A stretch of DNA of 57,132 nucleotides from Steroidobacteraceae bacterium (GTDB lineage Bacteria > Pseudomonadota > Gammaproteobacteria > Steroidobacterales > Steroidobacteraceae), in NCBI GenBank assembly GCA_036497085.1, contig DASXKA010000187.1:1-57132 (forward strand), given 5' to 3'. Shown here piece after piece: positions 41,557 to 51,519 of the stretch. The position numbers and the translations under genes were made by a program. A model generated the notes under the pieces. That model made no database searches. It was not told the origin of the DNA and was given only the letters and a program-made list of their open reading frames with translations. Every line of letters starts with the position of its first letter. Within the stretch, counting starts at the first letter, position 1.

Positions 41557-44283
41557 TCAGAACGTCTGTGCGATCTTCAGGGAGATCGTCCGCGGCTGGG
41601 TCGGAATCACGTACGGCTGCGGTCCGCAGGTCGTCGTCGCGCATTCCACGTAGCGGGTCAGTTCGGCGCGCTTGTCCGCAATGTTGTTGACGATGAGCTG
41701 CAGCGACAGGTTGTCTTTCGAAACGCCAGCCGAGAAGTCGAACAACTCGTAGGCCGCCATCTGTCCGAGCGAGATTTGATCGACGCGCCGCAACAATGGC
41801 TCGGTGCTGGTCTGGTACATCCCGGAGAGCTGCGTGAAGCCCTCCCACGATCCGAGCGGGAACGAGTAGCGCGCGACCAGGTTCAGCTTGAGCTCCGGAG
41901 CTACCGGCAGCCGGCTGCCCGACGGTGCTTCGGGACCCGTGAGCGTGATGCCATCGGCGTAGGTGATCACCTGGTTGGGGCAATTGGTCGTCAGAGTGGT
42001 GGTGTTCCCGATGTAATTACTCGCTCCGCCGGTGCCGACTGGACCGCAATAGTCAACCGTGGTCACCGCATGCAGATAGGTGAGCCCACTGGAGAGCAGC
42101 AGGCCGTTCACCGGTGCCCACTGCAGATCCGACTCGAAGCCTTTTATCTGCGCCGAGGCCGCATTCTGCACGACCGTCACGCTGTTGGGTCCGAGGAACA
42201 GGAACTGGAAATTGTCCCAGTTCTCGAGGAACGCCGCGGCGTTCCAGCGCAACCGGTGATCGAGCCACTGAGTCTTCCAGCCGATCTCCCAATTGACCAG
42301 AGTGTCGGCCTTGTATGGCGGATATACCGCGTTCAGAGCCACGTTGTACACCCGGTTCACACCGCCCGGGCGGAAGCCGGTGGAGTAGGTGAAATACAGG
42401 AGCTTGTCGGGATCAAGCTTGTAGGTGAGATTGGCTCGATACGTACGACCACTGTCGGAGACGTCCTGGTTGAGGTCGGTGCAGGGCGCGCCATGGAACG
42501 GCAGGTAATTCGGGTTTCCACCCACACCGACAGGTCCGCAGGCCCACTGCCCCGATGCGTGCGCGGTTTGCGGCGGACCGGAGGTATAGCCGCCCGCACC
42601 GATGTACGCCTGATAATTGGCCGAGTAGCCGTAAAAGCCCTGTATCGAATTGTCGTAGTGGTAGAAGCGCAGGCCGCCGGTGACCGACCACTGGTTGGTG
42701 ATGTCCCAGACCACCTGGCCGAACGCCGCGCTGTCACGGTCGACGCGCTCCTCGTCGGTGAGCCAAACCGAGTTTCCGTTGACCCCGGGGATGCTGAAGC
42801 TCTGGGCAAGGCCCGCCGCGGTGAAGGTCTCGGGAGAGTCAGTGCCGGGGATGGTGTACTGCTCCCAGATCTCGTGCACCTGGCGCTCGGCGAACAGGCC
42901 GACGATTCCCTTGACCGGCCGATCCTTCGGTGTAGCGAGCCGCAGCTCGTGACTCCATTTCGTGTAGGTTCCGTTGGTGATCACGAACTCCTGCGGATTC
43001 GCCACGAACGAGCCCGGGGGGAAGCTGGACGCCGGAGCGCCGCTGCAGTAGCCGCCTATTCCGTTTGCCTGCACGTAGTTGTAACCGGTCTGAGTCAGCC
43101 AGTTACATCCTGACCCGAAGAATTTGTCGTAGAAGTAGCTGTAGTCGCTGTAGTCGCTGACGGTGTGCTCTCTGCGATCGAACCAGCCGCCCGCATACGT
43201 GATGTCGAAGTCGCTGATCTTGCCTTCGATCGTGAGCGAGGTCTGCGTGAGACTGTCGTGGTCCCCTTCCGGACCGTAGTGCACCAGGGCGAGATCGCCT
43301 ACCACCGGGTCAAAGGCGAACACGCCGTTGGACGACTGCCGTTGTCCGAGGAATTGCGGCGTGATGGTCCAGTTGTCCCCGATTTTAGCCAGCACGGATG
43401 CGCGGCCGCCGATTGTGGCGACGGTGTTGTACTGGCTGTTCACGAAGGCGGCATTGCTGATCGAGTCCCCCGAGGTCGGAAACGTCCTGACACCGTTGAG
43501 GATGCCGGCCGTCACGTTGGTCCCCTGAACATTGCGAATATATCCCGCGTCGTGCTCGTCCCAGGCGACCAGGCGGATGGCCGCGGTCGGGGACAGCGGC
43601 ACGTTGACGTAACCCTCGGCAATCCACCCCTGACCGCCGTGATCCACCGTGTTGCCGGTGAGGTCGTAGCCCGCGGAGAACTTGTTGGGATCGGGCTTGT
43701 TGGTGATGATGCGGATGGTGCCGGCTTCCGAGCTCGCGCCATACAACGTGCCCTGCGGGCCTTCCAGTACCTCGATACGCGCGATGTCATAGACGTGGAT
43801 GTCGGGCGTACCGTCGATGGTCGTGATCGGCAGCTCGTCCAGGTAGGTGCCGACGCTCGGCTGCGCAGCCGAGTGGTTGCCGTCCTGGCCGCTCACCACC
43901 CCGCGCATGTAGACGTGCGTCGTGCCGATGCCGGTGCCGCCCTGGCCGAGCCCCTTGACGGTCGTGACGCCAGAGAGGGACTTGACGTAGTCGTCGATGT
44001 CCGTGATGTGCAGCTGCTCCAGCTTCTCGGAGCTCAGAGTCTGGATGCTGATCGGCACGTTCTGCAGGTTCTCGGCGCGCTTCTCCGCGGTGACCACGAT
44101 CTCCTCGAGAGCGCCGGCGGCGGCAGCGCCGGCCTGTGGGGCCGGCTGGGCCTGCTGTGCAAATGCGGCCGGAATGGCCGCCAGCACTGCGGAGGCCAGA
44201 GGCAGGCCAGCGCGGACCGGCACGCGCGAATGGGGCGAAGCGGCCGCTGCACGCATGAGTTTTCTGCGACGACTACGTGTCAT
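41557..44283 (-). CDS. TonB-dependent receptor
   Basis: ATGA overlap with the upstream sulfotransferase stop. Plug start EEIVVTAEKRAENLQNVPISIQTL. 908 aa, terminal ...KIAQTF. Confidence 0.9.
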   Translation of the reverse strand: MTRSRRRKLMRAAAASPHSRVPVRAGLPLASAVLAAIPAAFAQQAQPAPQAGAAAAGALEEIVVTAEKRAENLQNVPISIQTLSSEKLEQLHITDIDDYVKSLSGVTTVKGLGQGGTGIGTTHVYMRGVVSGQDGNHSAAQPSVGTYLDELPITTIDGTPDIHVYDIARIEVLEGPQGTLYGASSEAGTIRIITNKPDPNKFSAGYDLTGNTVDHGGQGWIAEGYVNVPLSPTAAIRLVAWDEHDAGYIRNVQGTNVTAGILNGVRTFPTSGDSISNAAFVNSQYNTVATIGGRASVLAKIGDNWTITPQFLGQRQSSNGVFAFDPVVGDLALVHYGPEGDHDSLTQTSLTIEGKISDFDITYAGGWFDRREHTVSDYSDYSYFYDKFFGSGCNWLTQTGYNYVQANGIGGYCSGAPASSFPPGSFVANPQEFVITNGTYTKWSHELRLATPKDRPVKGIVGLFAERQVHEIWEQYTIPGTDSPETFTAAGLAQSFSIPGVNGNSVWLTDEERVDRDSAAFGQVVWDITNQWSVTGGLRFYHYDNSIQGFYGYSANYQAYIGAGGYTSGPPQTAHASGQWACGPVGVGGNPNYLPFHGAPCTDLNQDVSDSGRTYRANLTYKLDPDKLLYFTYSTGFRPGGVNRVYNVALNAVYPPYKADTLVNWEIGWKTQWLDHRLRWNAAAFLENWDNFQFLFLGPNSVTVVQNAASAQIKGFESDLQWAPVNGLLLSSGLTYLHAVTTVDYCGPVGTGGASNYIGNTTTLTTNCPNQVITYADGITLTGPEAPSGSRLPVAPELKLNLVARYSFPLGSWEGFTQLSGMYQTSTEPLLRRVDQISLGQMAAYELFDFSAGVSKDNLSLQLIVNNIADKRAELTRYVECATTTCGPQPYVIPTQPRTISLKIAQTF

Positions 44284-46355
44284 GGAAGCTCCCCCGGATT
44301 GAGCGCGGCGCTCAGGGCCGCTTGCAATTCTATTGTCACATCAGAAGGTACGTTCGGGTAGGAGGTCGGCACCGATCCCAGCGCGGCGCGGAGCGGCTCG
44401 AGCCACGGCTCGTAATGTCGCCATTGTTCAAGGCCGGTCGTGAAGATCGGCTGGCGCACCTGCTCGGAGCTCGCAGTGCGCACCGCCCGCTCGTTGTCGT
44501 AGAACCTGAGGCAACTCGCCTCGAATTCCAGGCCGCAATTCGCCAGCAGCCGTCGCACCTCCTTCTCGGTGTCGACGACCATGTTCTCATAGAAGACGCG
44601 ATGCACTCTCCCGGGGAGCACTGTATCAAAGTGGTGCATGAGCGCGACGTAGTCACGGTAGTAGGAGCCTAAGTCCTGCAGCGCGTAGGTAAAGCTCTGG
44701 CCGCGGGCGAAGTGCTGCTTGAAGCAGGAGAAGCAGCACCCCATGGGGTGGCGCCGTGCATCGATGATGGTGGCGTTCGGGAGTATGAGATGAATGAGGC
44801 CGACATAGAGGCAGTTGTTCGGCATCTTGTCGATGAAGAACGGCGCGGCGCCCTTGCGCAGATGGCGGGTGCCGTCGAGATAACGTTCGCCGAGCACGCG
44901 CAGCTCCGTGCTGCTCAGACTGGCCAGCGCCTCGAAGAAGCCCGTACCGCGTTCCGAGCCGCCGCGCTCGGCCAGCTCGCGCGCGATCTGCGGCACATCC
45001 GGCAGCTCCATGGTCCCCTCGACGCACGAGTGGCTCGCGAGAATCTGCTCGAGCAGCGTCGAGCCGGCGCGCGGCAGGCCGAGAATGAAGATCGGGTCCC
45101 GGGCGGCGACCCCGGCGCCGGCGCGGGCGGCGAAAAACTCGCGGGTGAAAAGCTCGCGCGAGCGGCTCACGAACTCGGAATTCTCGGCGGCGCTGTAGGG
45201 CAGGGACTTCAGCCGCAGGGCATTGCCCGCCGCGTAGTGACGGAAGGACTCCTCATAGGACTCCTGGTCCTCGAGCGCCTTGCCGAGCGCGAACTCGAAG
45301 TGCAGCCGGTCCTCGTCACTCAGGTCGGTGCGCGCGAGCGCCGCACGCAGCGCCCCCACGTCGGCCGGCGAGAAAGCGAAGGTCTTGAGGTTCGCGAGGC
45401 TCCACCACGCCTCACCGAGGGCTGGCTCGCGGGCGATCGCGCCCCGGTACGCCGCGATGGCCTCGTCGGTGCGGCCGGTGGTCTTGAGCGAGTGCCCGTA
45501 GCTCATCCAGACCTTCGGCTGCTGCGGGAACTCCGCCAGCACCCGCTCGTAGATGCGGGCGGACTCCGCGTATTCGCCCAGGTTGACGAGCACTGCGGCC
45601 TTGAGATTCCGATAGCCGGGATTACGTGGCTCGCGGGCGAGCAGCTGCTCGACCTGCGGGAGCGCGGCGGCCGCCTTTCCCTGACGGTTGAGCACGACGG
45701 CGTAGTTGTGGCGCGCGGCGTCGAAGCCGGGTGCGAGCTCGAGGCAGCTCTCGAGCAGCGTCTGCGAGTCCCGCCAGCGCCGCAGCCGTGCGGCGACCTC
45801 CGCCAGCATGCGCAGCGCCGCGACATCGGTCGGGTAAGCCCGCAGGTGCGCCCGCAGCAGTGCTTCTGCTTCGGGAATGCGGTTCTCGACCAGGGCCGCC
45901 GCCGGGGCCAGCAGGCGTGGATCGCGCGTCGCGGCCTTGATGTGCCGCGCATAGGCCTCGTCCGCGCCCGTGACATCGCCCGCTCCCGCAAGGTGGTCGG
46001 CGAGCGCGCGCCAGGCGTCCGGCAGGTCGGGCTTGAGTGCAACGGCCCGGCGCAGCGCGGCGATCGCGGCTTCGCCCTGTCCGGCGCTCGCGAACGTCAT
46101 TCCGAGCTCGAACTGTGCCTCGGCCCATGCCGGCTGCCGGCGACAGAGCTCCTCCAGCCCGGTGAGCGCCGCTGGCAGGTCGCCGCTGGCGCGCTGCGCC
46201 ACCGCGAGCAACAGCCGTGCGCCGGGATGCCCGGGCACGACCTTGAGGATCTCAGAGGCCTGTTCGGCGGCGAGCACCGGCTGGGAAGAAAGCAGGCGCG
46301 CGGCGTGCTTCAGCGCGACCTCGAGCGAGCCTACGGGTTGCGACTCGCCGCTCAC
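44280..46355 (-). CDS. cytoplasmic TPR-repeat + PAPS-type sulfotransferase fusion protein
   Basis: ORF 44280..46397 trimmed to GTG 46355 (GTGA overlap with the ureohydrolase stop). ~400 aa of TPRs, then the 5'-PSB loop ILGLPRAGSTLLEQIL and a sulfotransferase-like C-domain. No signal peptide. Confidence 0.8.
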   Translation of the reverse strand: MSGESQPVGSLEVALKHAARLLSSQPVLAAEQASEILKVVPGHPGARLLLAVAQRASGDLPAALTGLEELCRRQPAWAEAQFELGMTFASAGQGEAAIAALRRAVALKPDLPDAWRALADHLAGAGDVTGADEAYARHIKAATRDPRLLAPAAALVENRIPEAEALLRAHLRAYPTDVAALRMLAEVAARLRRWRDSQTLLESCLELAPGFDAARHNYAVVLNRQGKAAAALPQVEQLLAREPRNPGYRNLKAAVLVNLGEYAESARIYERVLAEFPQQPKVWMSYGHSLKTTGRTDEAIAAYRGAIAREPALGEAWWSLANLKTFAFSPADVGALRAALARTDLSDEDRLHFEFALGKALEDQESYEESFRHYAAGNALRLKSLPYSAAENSEFVSRSRELFTREFFAARAGAGVAARDPIFILGLPRAGSTLLEQILASHSCVEGTMELPDVPQIARELAERGGSERGTGFFEALASLSSTELRVLGERYLDGTRHLRKGAAPFFIDKMPNNCLYVGLIHLILPNATIIDARRHPMGCCFSCFKQHFARGQSFTYALQDLGSYYRDYVALMHHFDTVLPGRVHRVFYENMVVDTEKEVRRLLANCGLEFEASCLRFYDNERAVRTASSEQVRQPIFTTGLEQWRHYEPWLEPLRAALGSVPTSYPNVPSDVTIELQAALSAALNPGELP

Positions 46356-47341
46356 GCACGCCGCGCGGCGCCGAAGTGACGGTCGGCGATGACGCACAGG
46401 ATCTCGTACATCATCGTGGCGCCGACGAGGGCGGTGTTGCCACTCTGGTCGTAGGGCGGGGCGACCTCGACGACGTCGCCGCCGATCAGGTTGAGACCGC
46501 GGAGCCCGCGCAGCAGGCGCTGCGCCTCGAGCGTCGTGATGCCGCCGACCTCGGGCGTGCCGGTGCCGGGGGCGTACACGGGATCGAGCCCGTCGACGTC
46601 GAAGGAAATGTAGGTCGGGCCGTCACCCACGATCGAGCGCGCCAGCGCGATCACCTTCTCGACGCCGAGCTCGGCGAACTCGTCCATGAACACGACGCGC
46701 ATGCCATGCGACTTCGAGAACTCGATGCCGTCGAGGAAATTCTGTGCGCCGCGGATCCCGATCTGGATGGTGCGCTTAGGGTCAAGCACGCCCGCCTCGA
46801 CCGCCAGGCGAAACGGCGCGCCGTGCGTGAACTTCGAGCCGAAGAATTCCCCCCAGGTGTCGCAATGTGCATCCACGTGCACCATGCCGACCGGCTGCTT
46901 CGCTCCCAGCGCCCTGAAGATCGGGTAGGTGATCGAGTGATCGCCACCGGCGCTCACCGGCAGGATGCCGGCCGCCTTCACCCGGCGGTAGAAGGCCTCG
47001 ATGTCCTCGTTCTGCCGCTCCAGGTCGTAGCGATGGGAGATATGGACGTCGCCGAGGTCGGCGACGCGGCACAGCTCATAAGGGTTGACGCCGAGCGCGA
47101 CGTTGTAGCCGCGCATCAGGCTCGAGGAATTGCGGATCTCGCGCGGGCCGTGGCGCGCGCCCGGCCGGTTGGTGACCGCGATGTCGGTCGGAACGCCGAT
47201 CAGCCCGATGTCGACGTTGTCGAGCGCGTGGGCGAGCGGACAGCGCATGAAGGTCGCGATCTCGGTGAAGCGCGGCTCGCTCATCGGATCGTAGGGCTTG
47301 CCGTCGCCCAGGGCTCGCTGCTCGTAGTCTTTGCTGCTCAT
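46352..47341 (-). CDS. agmatinase/guanidino-acid hydrolase (ureohydrolase family)
   Basis: ORF 46352..48295 trimmed to ATG 47341 (MSSKDYEQ...). Mn-site motifs SAGGDHSITYP, VHVDAHCDTW and SFDVDGLDPVYAPGTGTPEVGG are all intact. Confidence 0.85.
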   Translation of the reverse strand: MSSKDYEQRALGDGKPYDPMSEPRFTEIATFMRCPLAHALDNVDIGLIGVPTDIAVTNRPGARHGPREIRNSSSLMRGYNVALGVNPYELCRVADLGDVHISHRYDLERQNEDIEAFYRRVKAAGILPVSAGGDHSITYPIFRALGAKQPVGMVHVDAHCDTWGEFFGSKFTHGAPFRLAVEAGVLDPKRTIQIGIRGAQNFLDGIEFSKSHGMRVVFMDEFAELGVEKVIALARSIVGDGPTYISFDVDGLDPVYAPGTGTPEVGGITTLEAQRLLRGLRGLNLIGGDVVEVAPPYDQSGNTALVGATMMYEILCVIADRHFGAARRA

Positions 47342-47391
47342 GGTGCATCGCCCGAGCGGGTTGGATCTGAGGACACTATCGTGTGCGCCCC

Positions 47392-48420
47392 TCAGGTGGC
47401 CGTCAATCGACGGCGGCGCCGGTACTGGTCGGCGACCACGGCTGCGACGATGATCCCGCCCTTGACGATCTCCTGGTAGTAGGCGTCGATCCGCAGGAAC
47501 GTGAAGCCCGAGGTCACGACCCCAAGGATCAGCGTGCCTATCACCGTGCCGGTCATGCGCCCGACGCCGCCGGAGAGCGACGCGCCGCCGATCACCGCGG
47601 CGGCAATCGCATCGAGCTCGTACATGAGCCCCATGCCGGCCTGGCCCGAGACGGCGCGTGCCGAGGTGAGGACGCCTGCGAGGCCCGAGAGCAGCCCCGC
47701 AATGGAGTAGACCACGATCAGGTGCCGACCGACGCGGATCCCGGCGACGCGCGCCGCCTCGCGGTTGGCGCCGATCGCGTAGGTGAACTTGCCATAGCGT
47801 GTGTAGCGCAGCGCCACGTGAAAGAGCAGCGCGGTAGCGAGAAAGATGACGACCGGAACCGCACCGCTGCCGATGGCGGCATAGGAGTCGGTGAGCATGC
47901 TGACCGGCTGGCCGCGGGTGTACCACCTGGCGAGGCCGCGGGAACTCACCATGACCCCGAGAGTTGCGATGAAAGGCGGAATGCCGGTTGCGGCGATCAG
48001 CGTGCCGTTGACGAGACCGGCTGCGGCCCCGACCGCCAGTCCCGCGGCGACCGGCACGATGACCGGAAGATCGGTGAGCGCGGGATAGACCGCGCGCACC
48101 GCCTCCGAGGACTGGGCGAGGCTGGCGGCAACCATCGCGCTGAGAGCCACCACCGAGCCCGATGAGAGGTCGATGCCGCCGGTGATGATGACCTGGGTAA
48201 CGCCGACGGCGATGACGCCGACCACCGAGACCTGCAGGATCATTACCACCAGCCGCTGCTCGTTGGCGAGGAAGCTCTGATGGACGAAGATCCACCCGAG
48301 CAGCTCGAAGGCGAGCGCCAGTGCGATCAGCACCAGCGCAATTCCGGCCTCGGGCGGCAGGCGCCGCAGCCGCGCTGGTGCGGCGGATGGGGCGCTGCGG
48401 TCTGCCACGGACTGCCGCAT
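47392..48420 (-). CDS. CUT2 (ribose/inositol-type) sugar ABC transporter permease
   Basis: 342 aa, ~10 [15 protein letters not shown] and [10 protein letters not shown] blocks are typical of RbsC-like permeases. Confidence 0.85.
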   Translation of the reverse strand: MRQSVADRSAPSAAPARLRRLPPEAGIALVLIALALAFELLGWIFVHQSFLANEQRLVVMILQVSVVGVIAVGVTQVIITGGIDLSSGSVVALSAMVAASLAQSSEAVRAVYPALTDLPVIVPVAAGLAVGAAAGLVNGTLIAATGIPPFIATLGVMVSSRGLARWYTRGQPVSMLTDSYAAIGSGAVPVVIFLATALLFHVALRYTRYGKFTYAIGANREAARVAGIRVGRHLIVVYSIAGLLSGLAGVLTSARAVSGQAGMGLMYELDAIAAAVIGGASLSGGVGRMTGTVIGTLILGVVTSGFTFLRIDAYYQEIVKGGIIVAAVVADQYRRRRRLTAT

Positions 48421-48424
48421 GCGC

Positions 48425-49936
48425 TCAGCGTGCGGCCAGGTCCATGATCCGGACCGGGGTGGCTTCGTCGCGCCCGAGAATCCCGGCGACGTGCCCCTCG
48501 TGCATCACCATGATGCGGTGGCTGAGCGCGAGGATCTCGGGCATCTCGGAAGAGATCATCAGCACCGCAGTGCCCTCGGTCAGCAGGCGTCCAATGAGCT
48601 GGTGGATCTCCGCCTTGGCGCCTACATCCACCCCGCGAGTCGGCTCATCGAGGATCAGGACCTTCGGGCCCAGCAGGAGCCAGCGGCCGAGCAACACCTT
48701 CTGCTGGTTGCCGCCGGAGAGAGCCTCGATGCGTTCGCCGAGATCCGGGGTCTTGACCCGCAGTGCGCTCGCCATTGCGGCACACGCCCGCCGCGCGGCG
48801 CCCGCGCGCACGAAGCCAAGTCGGACGAAGTCGCGGGCGAGCGCCGAGATCTCCAGGTTCTCGAGCACGCTCAGCCCGACAAGGCAGCCGGTTTCCTTGC
48901 GATCCTCGGTCACGAAGCCGAGGCCGCGGGAGATCGCCGCCGCCGGTGAGTCGAGGTGTACCGTACTGCCCCCGATGCGGATCTCACCCGCCGTCGGGCG
49001 CAGCAGTCCAAATAGCGTCTCGGCGAGCTTGCTGCGTCCCGAGCCCACGAGCCCGGCGACGCCGACGATCTCCCCGGCGTGCAGCTCGAAGCTCACGTCG
49101 TAAAACGCGCCCTCCAGGCTCAGGCCGTGCGCCGACAAGGCGACCGGACCCGCCGGCGCCGGCACCCCCGCGGGCGGCGGCGCGAGCTCGCGCCCCACCA
49201 TCATGCGGATGAGGTCGCCGCGCGTGAGCTGGCGCGGGCTCGCGGTGCCAATGTGCCGGCCGTCACGCAGCACGGAGATCTCGTCCGCGAGCGCGAACAG
49301 CTCCTCGATCCGGTGGGTGACGTAGAAGATGCCGACGCCGCGCGCCCGCAGGTCGCGAATCAGTGCAAACAGCCGCTCGGCGTCGCGCTCAGTGAGCGCC
49401 GAGGTCGGCTCATCCATGATGAGGACCCGCGAATCGTAGGACAGCGCGCGTGCGATCTCGACCATCTGGCGCGCGGCGAGCGGCAGCGTCCGCAGCGGCG
49501 CCTCCGGATCGAGGTCGATGCCCAGCCGCTCGAGCAGGGTGCGCGTGCGGCGGTGGAGCTCGCGATGACGGACCAACCCCAGGGCATTCACCGGCTCGCG
49601 GCGGATCCAGATGTTCTCGGCGACGCTCATCGAAGGCAGCAGGTTCAGCTCCTGATGGATCATGGCGATGCCCGCCTCGAGCGCCTGTCCCGGGGAGCCG
49701 AGGCGCAGCGCGCGCCCCTCGAGGCGCAGCTCGCCGGCATCCGGCGTGCACGCGCCCGCGATTATCCTCATCAGCGTCGACTTGCCGGCTCCGTTTTCGC
49801 CGAGCAGCGCGTGCACCGTGCCGTGCCTGAGGCGCAGGGTCACGTCCTCGAGCGCGGCGACGCCGGGGAAACTCTTCGAGACCCTGCTCACTTCGAGCAG
49901 GTCGGGTCTCACGGGGGGAGCGATGGCAGCTCCCAT
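48425..49936 (-). CDS. CUT2 sugar ABC transporter ATP-binding protein (two fused NBDs)
   Basis: Walker [10 protein letters not shown], signature LSGGNQQK, Walker B ILDEPT. 503 aa. Confidence 0.9.
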   Translation of the reverse strand: MGAAIAPPVRPDLLEVSRVSKSFPGVAALEDVTLRLRHGTVHALLGENGAGKSTLMRIIAGACTPDAGELRLEGRALRLGSPGQALEAGIAMIHQELNLLPSMSVAENIWIRREPVNALGLVRHRELHRRTRTLLERLGIDLDPEAPLRTLPLAARQMVEIARALSYDSRVLIMDEPTSALTERDAERLFALIRDLRARGVGIFYVTHRIEELFALADEISVLRDGRHIGTASPRQLTRGDLIRMMVGRELAPPPAGVPAPAGPVALSAHGLSLEGAFYDVSFELHAGEIVGVAGLVGSGRSKLAETLFGLLRPTAGEIRIGGSTVHLDSPAAAISRGLGFVTEDRKETGCLVGLSVLENLEISALARDFVRLGFVRAGAARRACAAMASALRVKTPDLGERIEALSGGNQQKVLLGRWLLLGPKVLILDEPTRGVDVGAKAEIHQLIGRLLTEGTAVLMISSEMPEILALSHRIMVMHEGHVAGILGRDEATPVRIMDLAAR

Positions 49937-50863
49937 CTAGTGCCGCCCGAGGTAGCCCGCGAGGTTGTCGCGCGTCACCAGCTCGAACGGTACCCATACG
50001 AAGGACGGCACCGGCTCGTGCCGCACGAGCTTGAGAGCGGTTTCCAGGGCGCCGCGGCCCTGTGCGGGCGCGTTCTGGAACACCGTCAGCCGCAGCGCCC
50101 CGGCCTTCATCTCGGCGAGCGCATCCGGGGTTGCGTCGACTCCGGCAACGATGGTGCTGCCGAGCAGGTTTGCCTGCCTGAGCGCCTGAATGGCGCCGAT
50201 CGCCATCTCATCGTCGTTGGCGACCACGGCGGCCGGATGCAGGCCCGCGCTCAGCCAGTTGGTCACGAGGTCAGCCGCCGCGGTGCGTTTCCAGTCCGCG
50301 GCCTGCCGGTCGACGACGCGGATGCCACGGCAGGCGGGCCGGGCGATCACGTCGTCGATATCCCGGGTGCGCTGGCGCGCCGACTGGTTCGTGAGCTCGC
50401 CCATCAGCACGACGATGTCCCCCTTGCCCCCGAGGAGCCGGCAGACCTCGGTCATCTGCAGCGTGCCGGACTCGGTCTCGTCCGAGCCAACGAAGGAGAC
50501 CCGCGGCGGCAGCTGCCTGTCGGCCGGCATGCGGTTCACGTACACGAGCGGAATGCCGGCGTTCACCACCAGGCGCGTCATGCGCGGAGTTGCGTCGGTG
50601 TCGACCGGATTGACGATGATGGCGTCGACGTGCTGGGCGATGAAGTTCTGGATTTGATTGAGCTGCCGGCCGATGTCGTTGCCGGCGTCCTCGAACTGAA
50701 TCTGCACGCCGAGCTGCTGCGCGCGCTCCTTCATGCTGGCACGCACCGCGGTCAGGAAGTTATCGTCGAACAGGGCCATCGATACACCCACCGTGGCTGC
50801 CTGCACGGTGGGGAACAGTGCCGCCAGGGTACCGACGAGCAACACCAGCGATACGGGCTTCAT
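49937..50863 (-). CDS. CUT2 sugar ABC transporter periplasmic substrate-binding protein (RbsB-like)
   Basis: Signal peptide MKPVSLVLLVGTLAALFPTVQA. NDIGRQLNQIQNFIAQHVDAIIVNPVD block. The stop abuts the ATPase start. Confidence 0.85.
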   Translation of the reverse strand: MKPVSLVLLVGTLAALFPTVQAATVGVSMALFDDNFLTAVRASMKERAQQLGVQIQFEDAGNDIGRQLNQIQNFIAQHVDAIIVNPVDTDATPRMTRLVVNAGIPLVYVNRMPADRQLPPRVSFVGSDETESGTLQMTEVCRLLGGKGDIVVLMGELTNQSARQRTRDIDDVIARPACRGIRVVDRQAADWKRTAAADLVTNWLSAGLHPAAVVANDDEMAIGAIQALRQANLLGSTIVAGVDATPDALAEMKAGALRLTVFQNAPAQGRGALETALKLVRHEPVPSFVWVPFELVTRDNLAGYLGRH

Positions 50864-50934
50864 GCCTCATTCTAATGCCCGGGCGGCGGCAAGCTCTAAC
50901 CGCGCGGTCGCCATGTGTGGTAGCGTCCCCTGCC

Positions 50935-51519
50935 GTGGACCGGCGCGAGTTCCTCGGATCGATCGCGGGCATTTCCGCATTACTGCCGGGACTGTCGCTG
51001 CTGTCGTTGCAGCAGCCGTCCTTCGCCGCGGCGCTGCACACGCGCGCTGCAGCGGCGGGTCTGCGCACGCTCAGCCCCGAGCAGGACGCGGCCGTCACCT
51101 GCATCGCAGAGATCCTCCTGCCCCAGACCGACAGCGTCGGGGCAACCCAGGTGGGTGTAAACCGCTTCATCGATCTGCTGCTGACCGAGTCGATGCCGGA
51201 GCGCGATCGCGCGCGTTTCCTCGAGGGGCTTGCGGCCATCGACGCGCGCAGCCGCCTGCTCGGCGGTGCACCGGTCGCAGCCGCCAGCCGGCAGGACCAG
51301 GAGTCGCTGATCCGCTCCCTCGACGGGCAGCTGCCCGCGTACCCTCCGACCCGGGCCGAGCAGGCGCTGCTCGAGCGGCAGCCGATGACGGCGGAGCGCG
51401 GTTACGAGCTCCTGAAGCATCTGGTGGTCTTCGCCTACTTCACCTCCGAGCCGGTGGCGAAGGATCTCATCAACGCTCCGATCATTCCCGGAAGGTACGA
51501 TGGCTGTGTCAGCGTCTGA
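50935..51519 (+). CDS. Tat-signal small subunit (gluconate 2-dehydrogenase subunit 3 family)
   Basis: The ORF is 50818..51519. I prefer GTG 50935 (VDRREFLGSIAG..., Tat motif); GTG 50917 or ATG 50875 are possible. C-terminal HLVVFAYFTSE block. Confidence 0.65.
   Translation: MDRREFLGSIAGISALLPGLSLLSLQQPSFAAALHTRAAAAGLRTLSPEQDAAVTCIAEILLPQTDSVGATQVGVNRFIDLLLTESMPERDRARFLEGLAAIDARSRLLGGAPVAAASRQDQESLIRSLDGQLPAYPPTRAEQALLERQPMTAERGYELLKHLVVFAYFTSEPVAKDLINAPIIPGRYDGCVSV

Noticed and set aside
46352-48295. 647-aa ORF suggesting a large fusion protein upstream of the agmatinase domain.
   Set aside because: The N-terminal 318 residues are low-complexity Arg/Gly/Pro sequence overlapping the ABC permease gene in another frame. 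The ureohydrolase homology begins at the internal ATG 47341 (MSSKDYEQ...).
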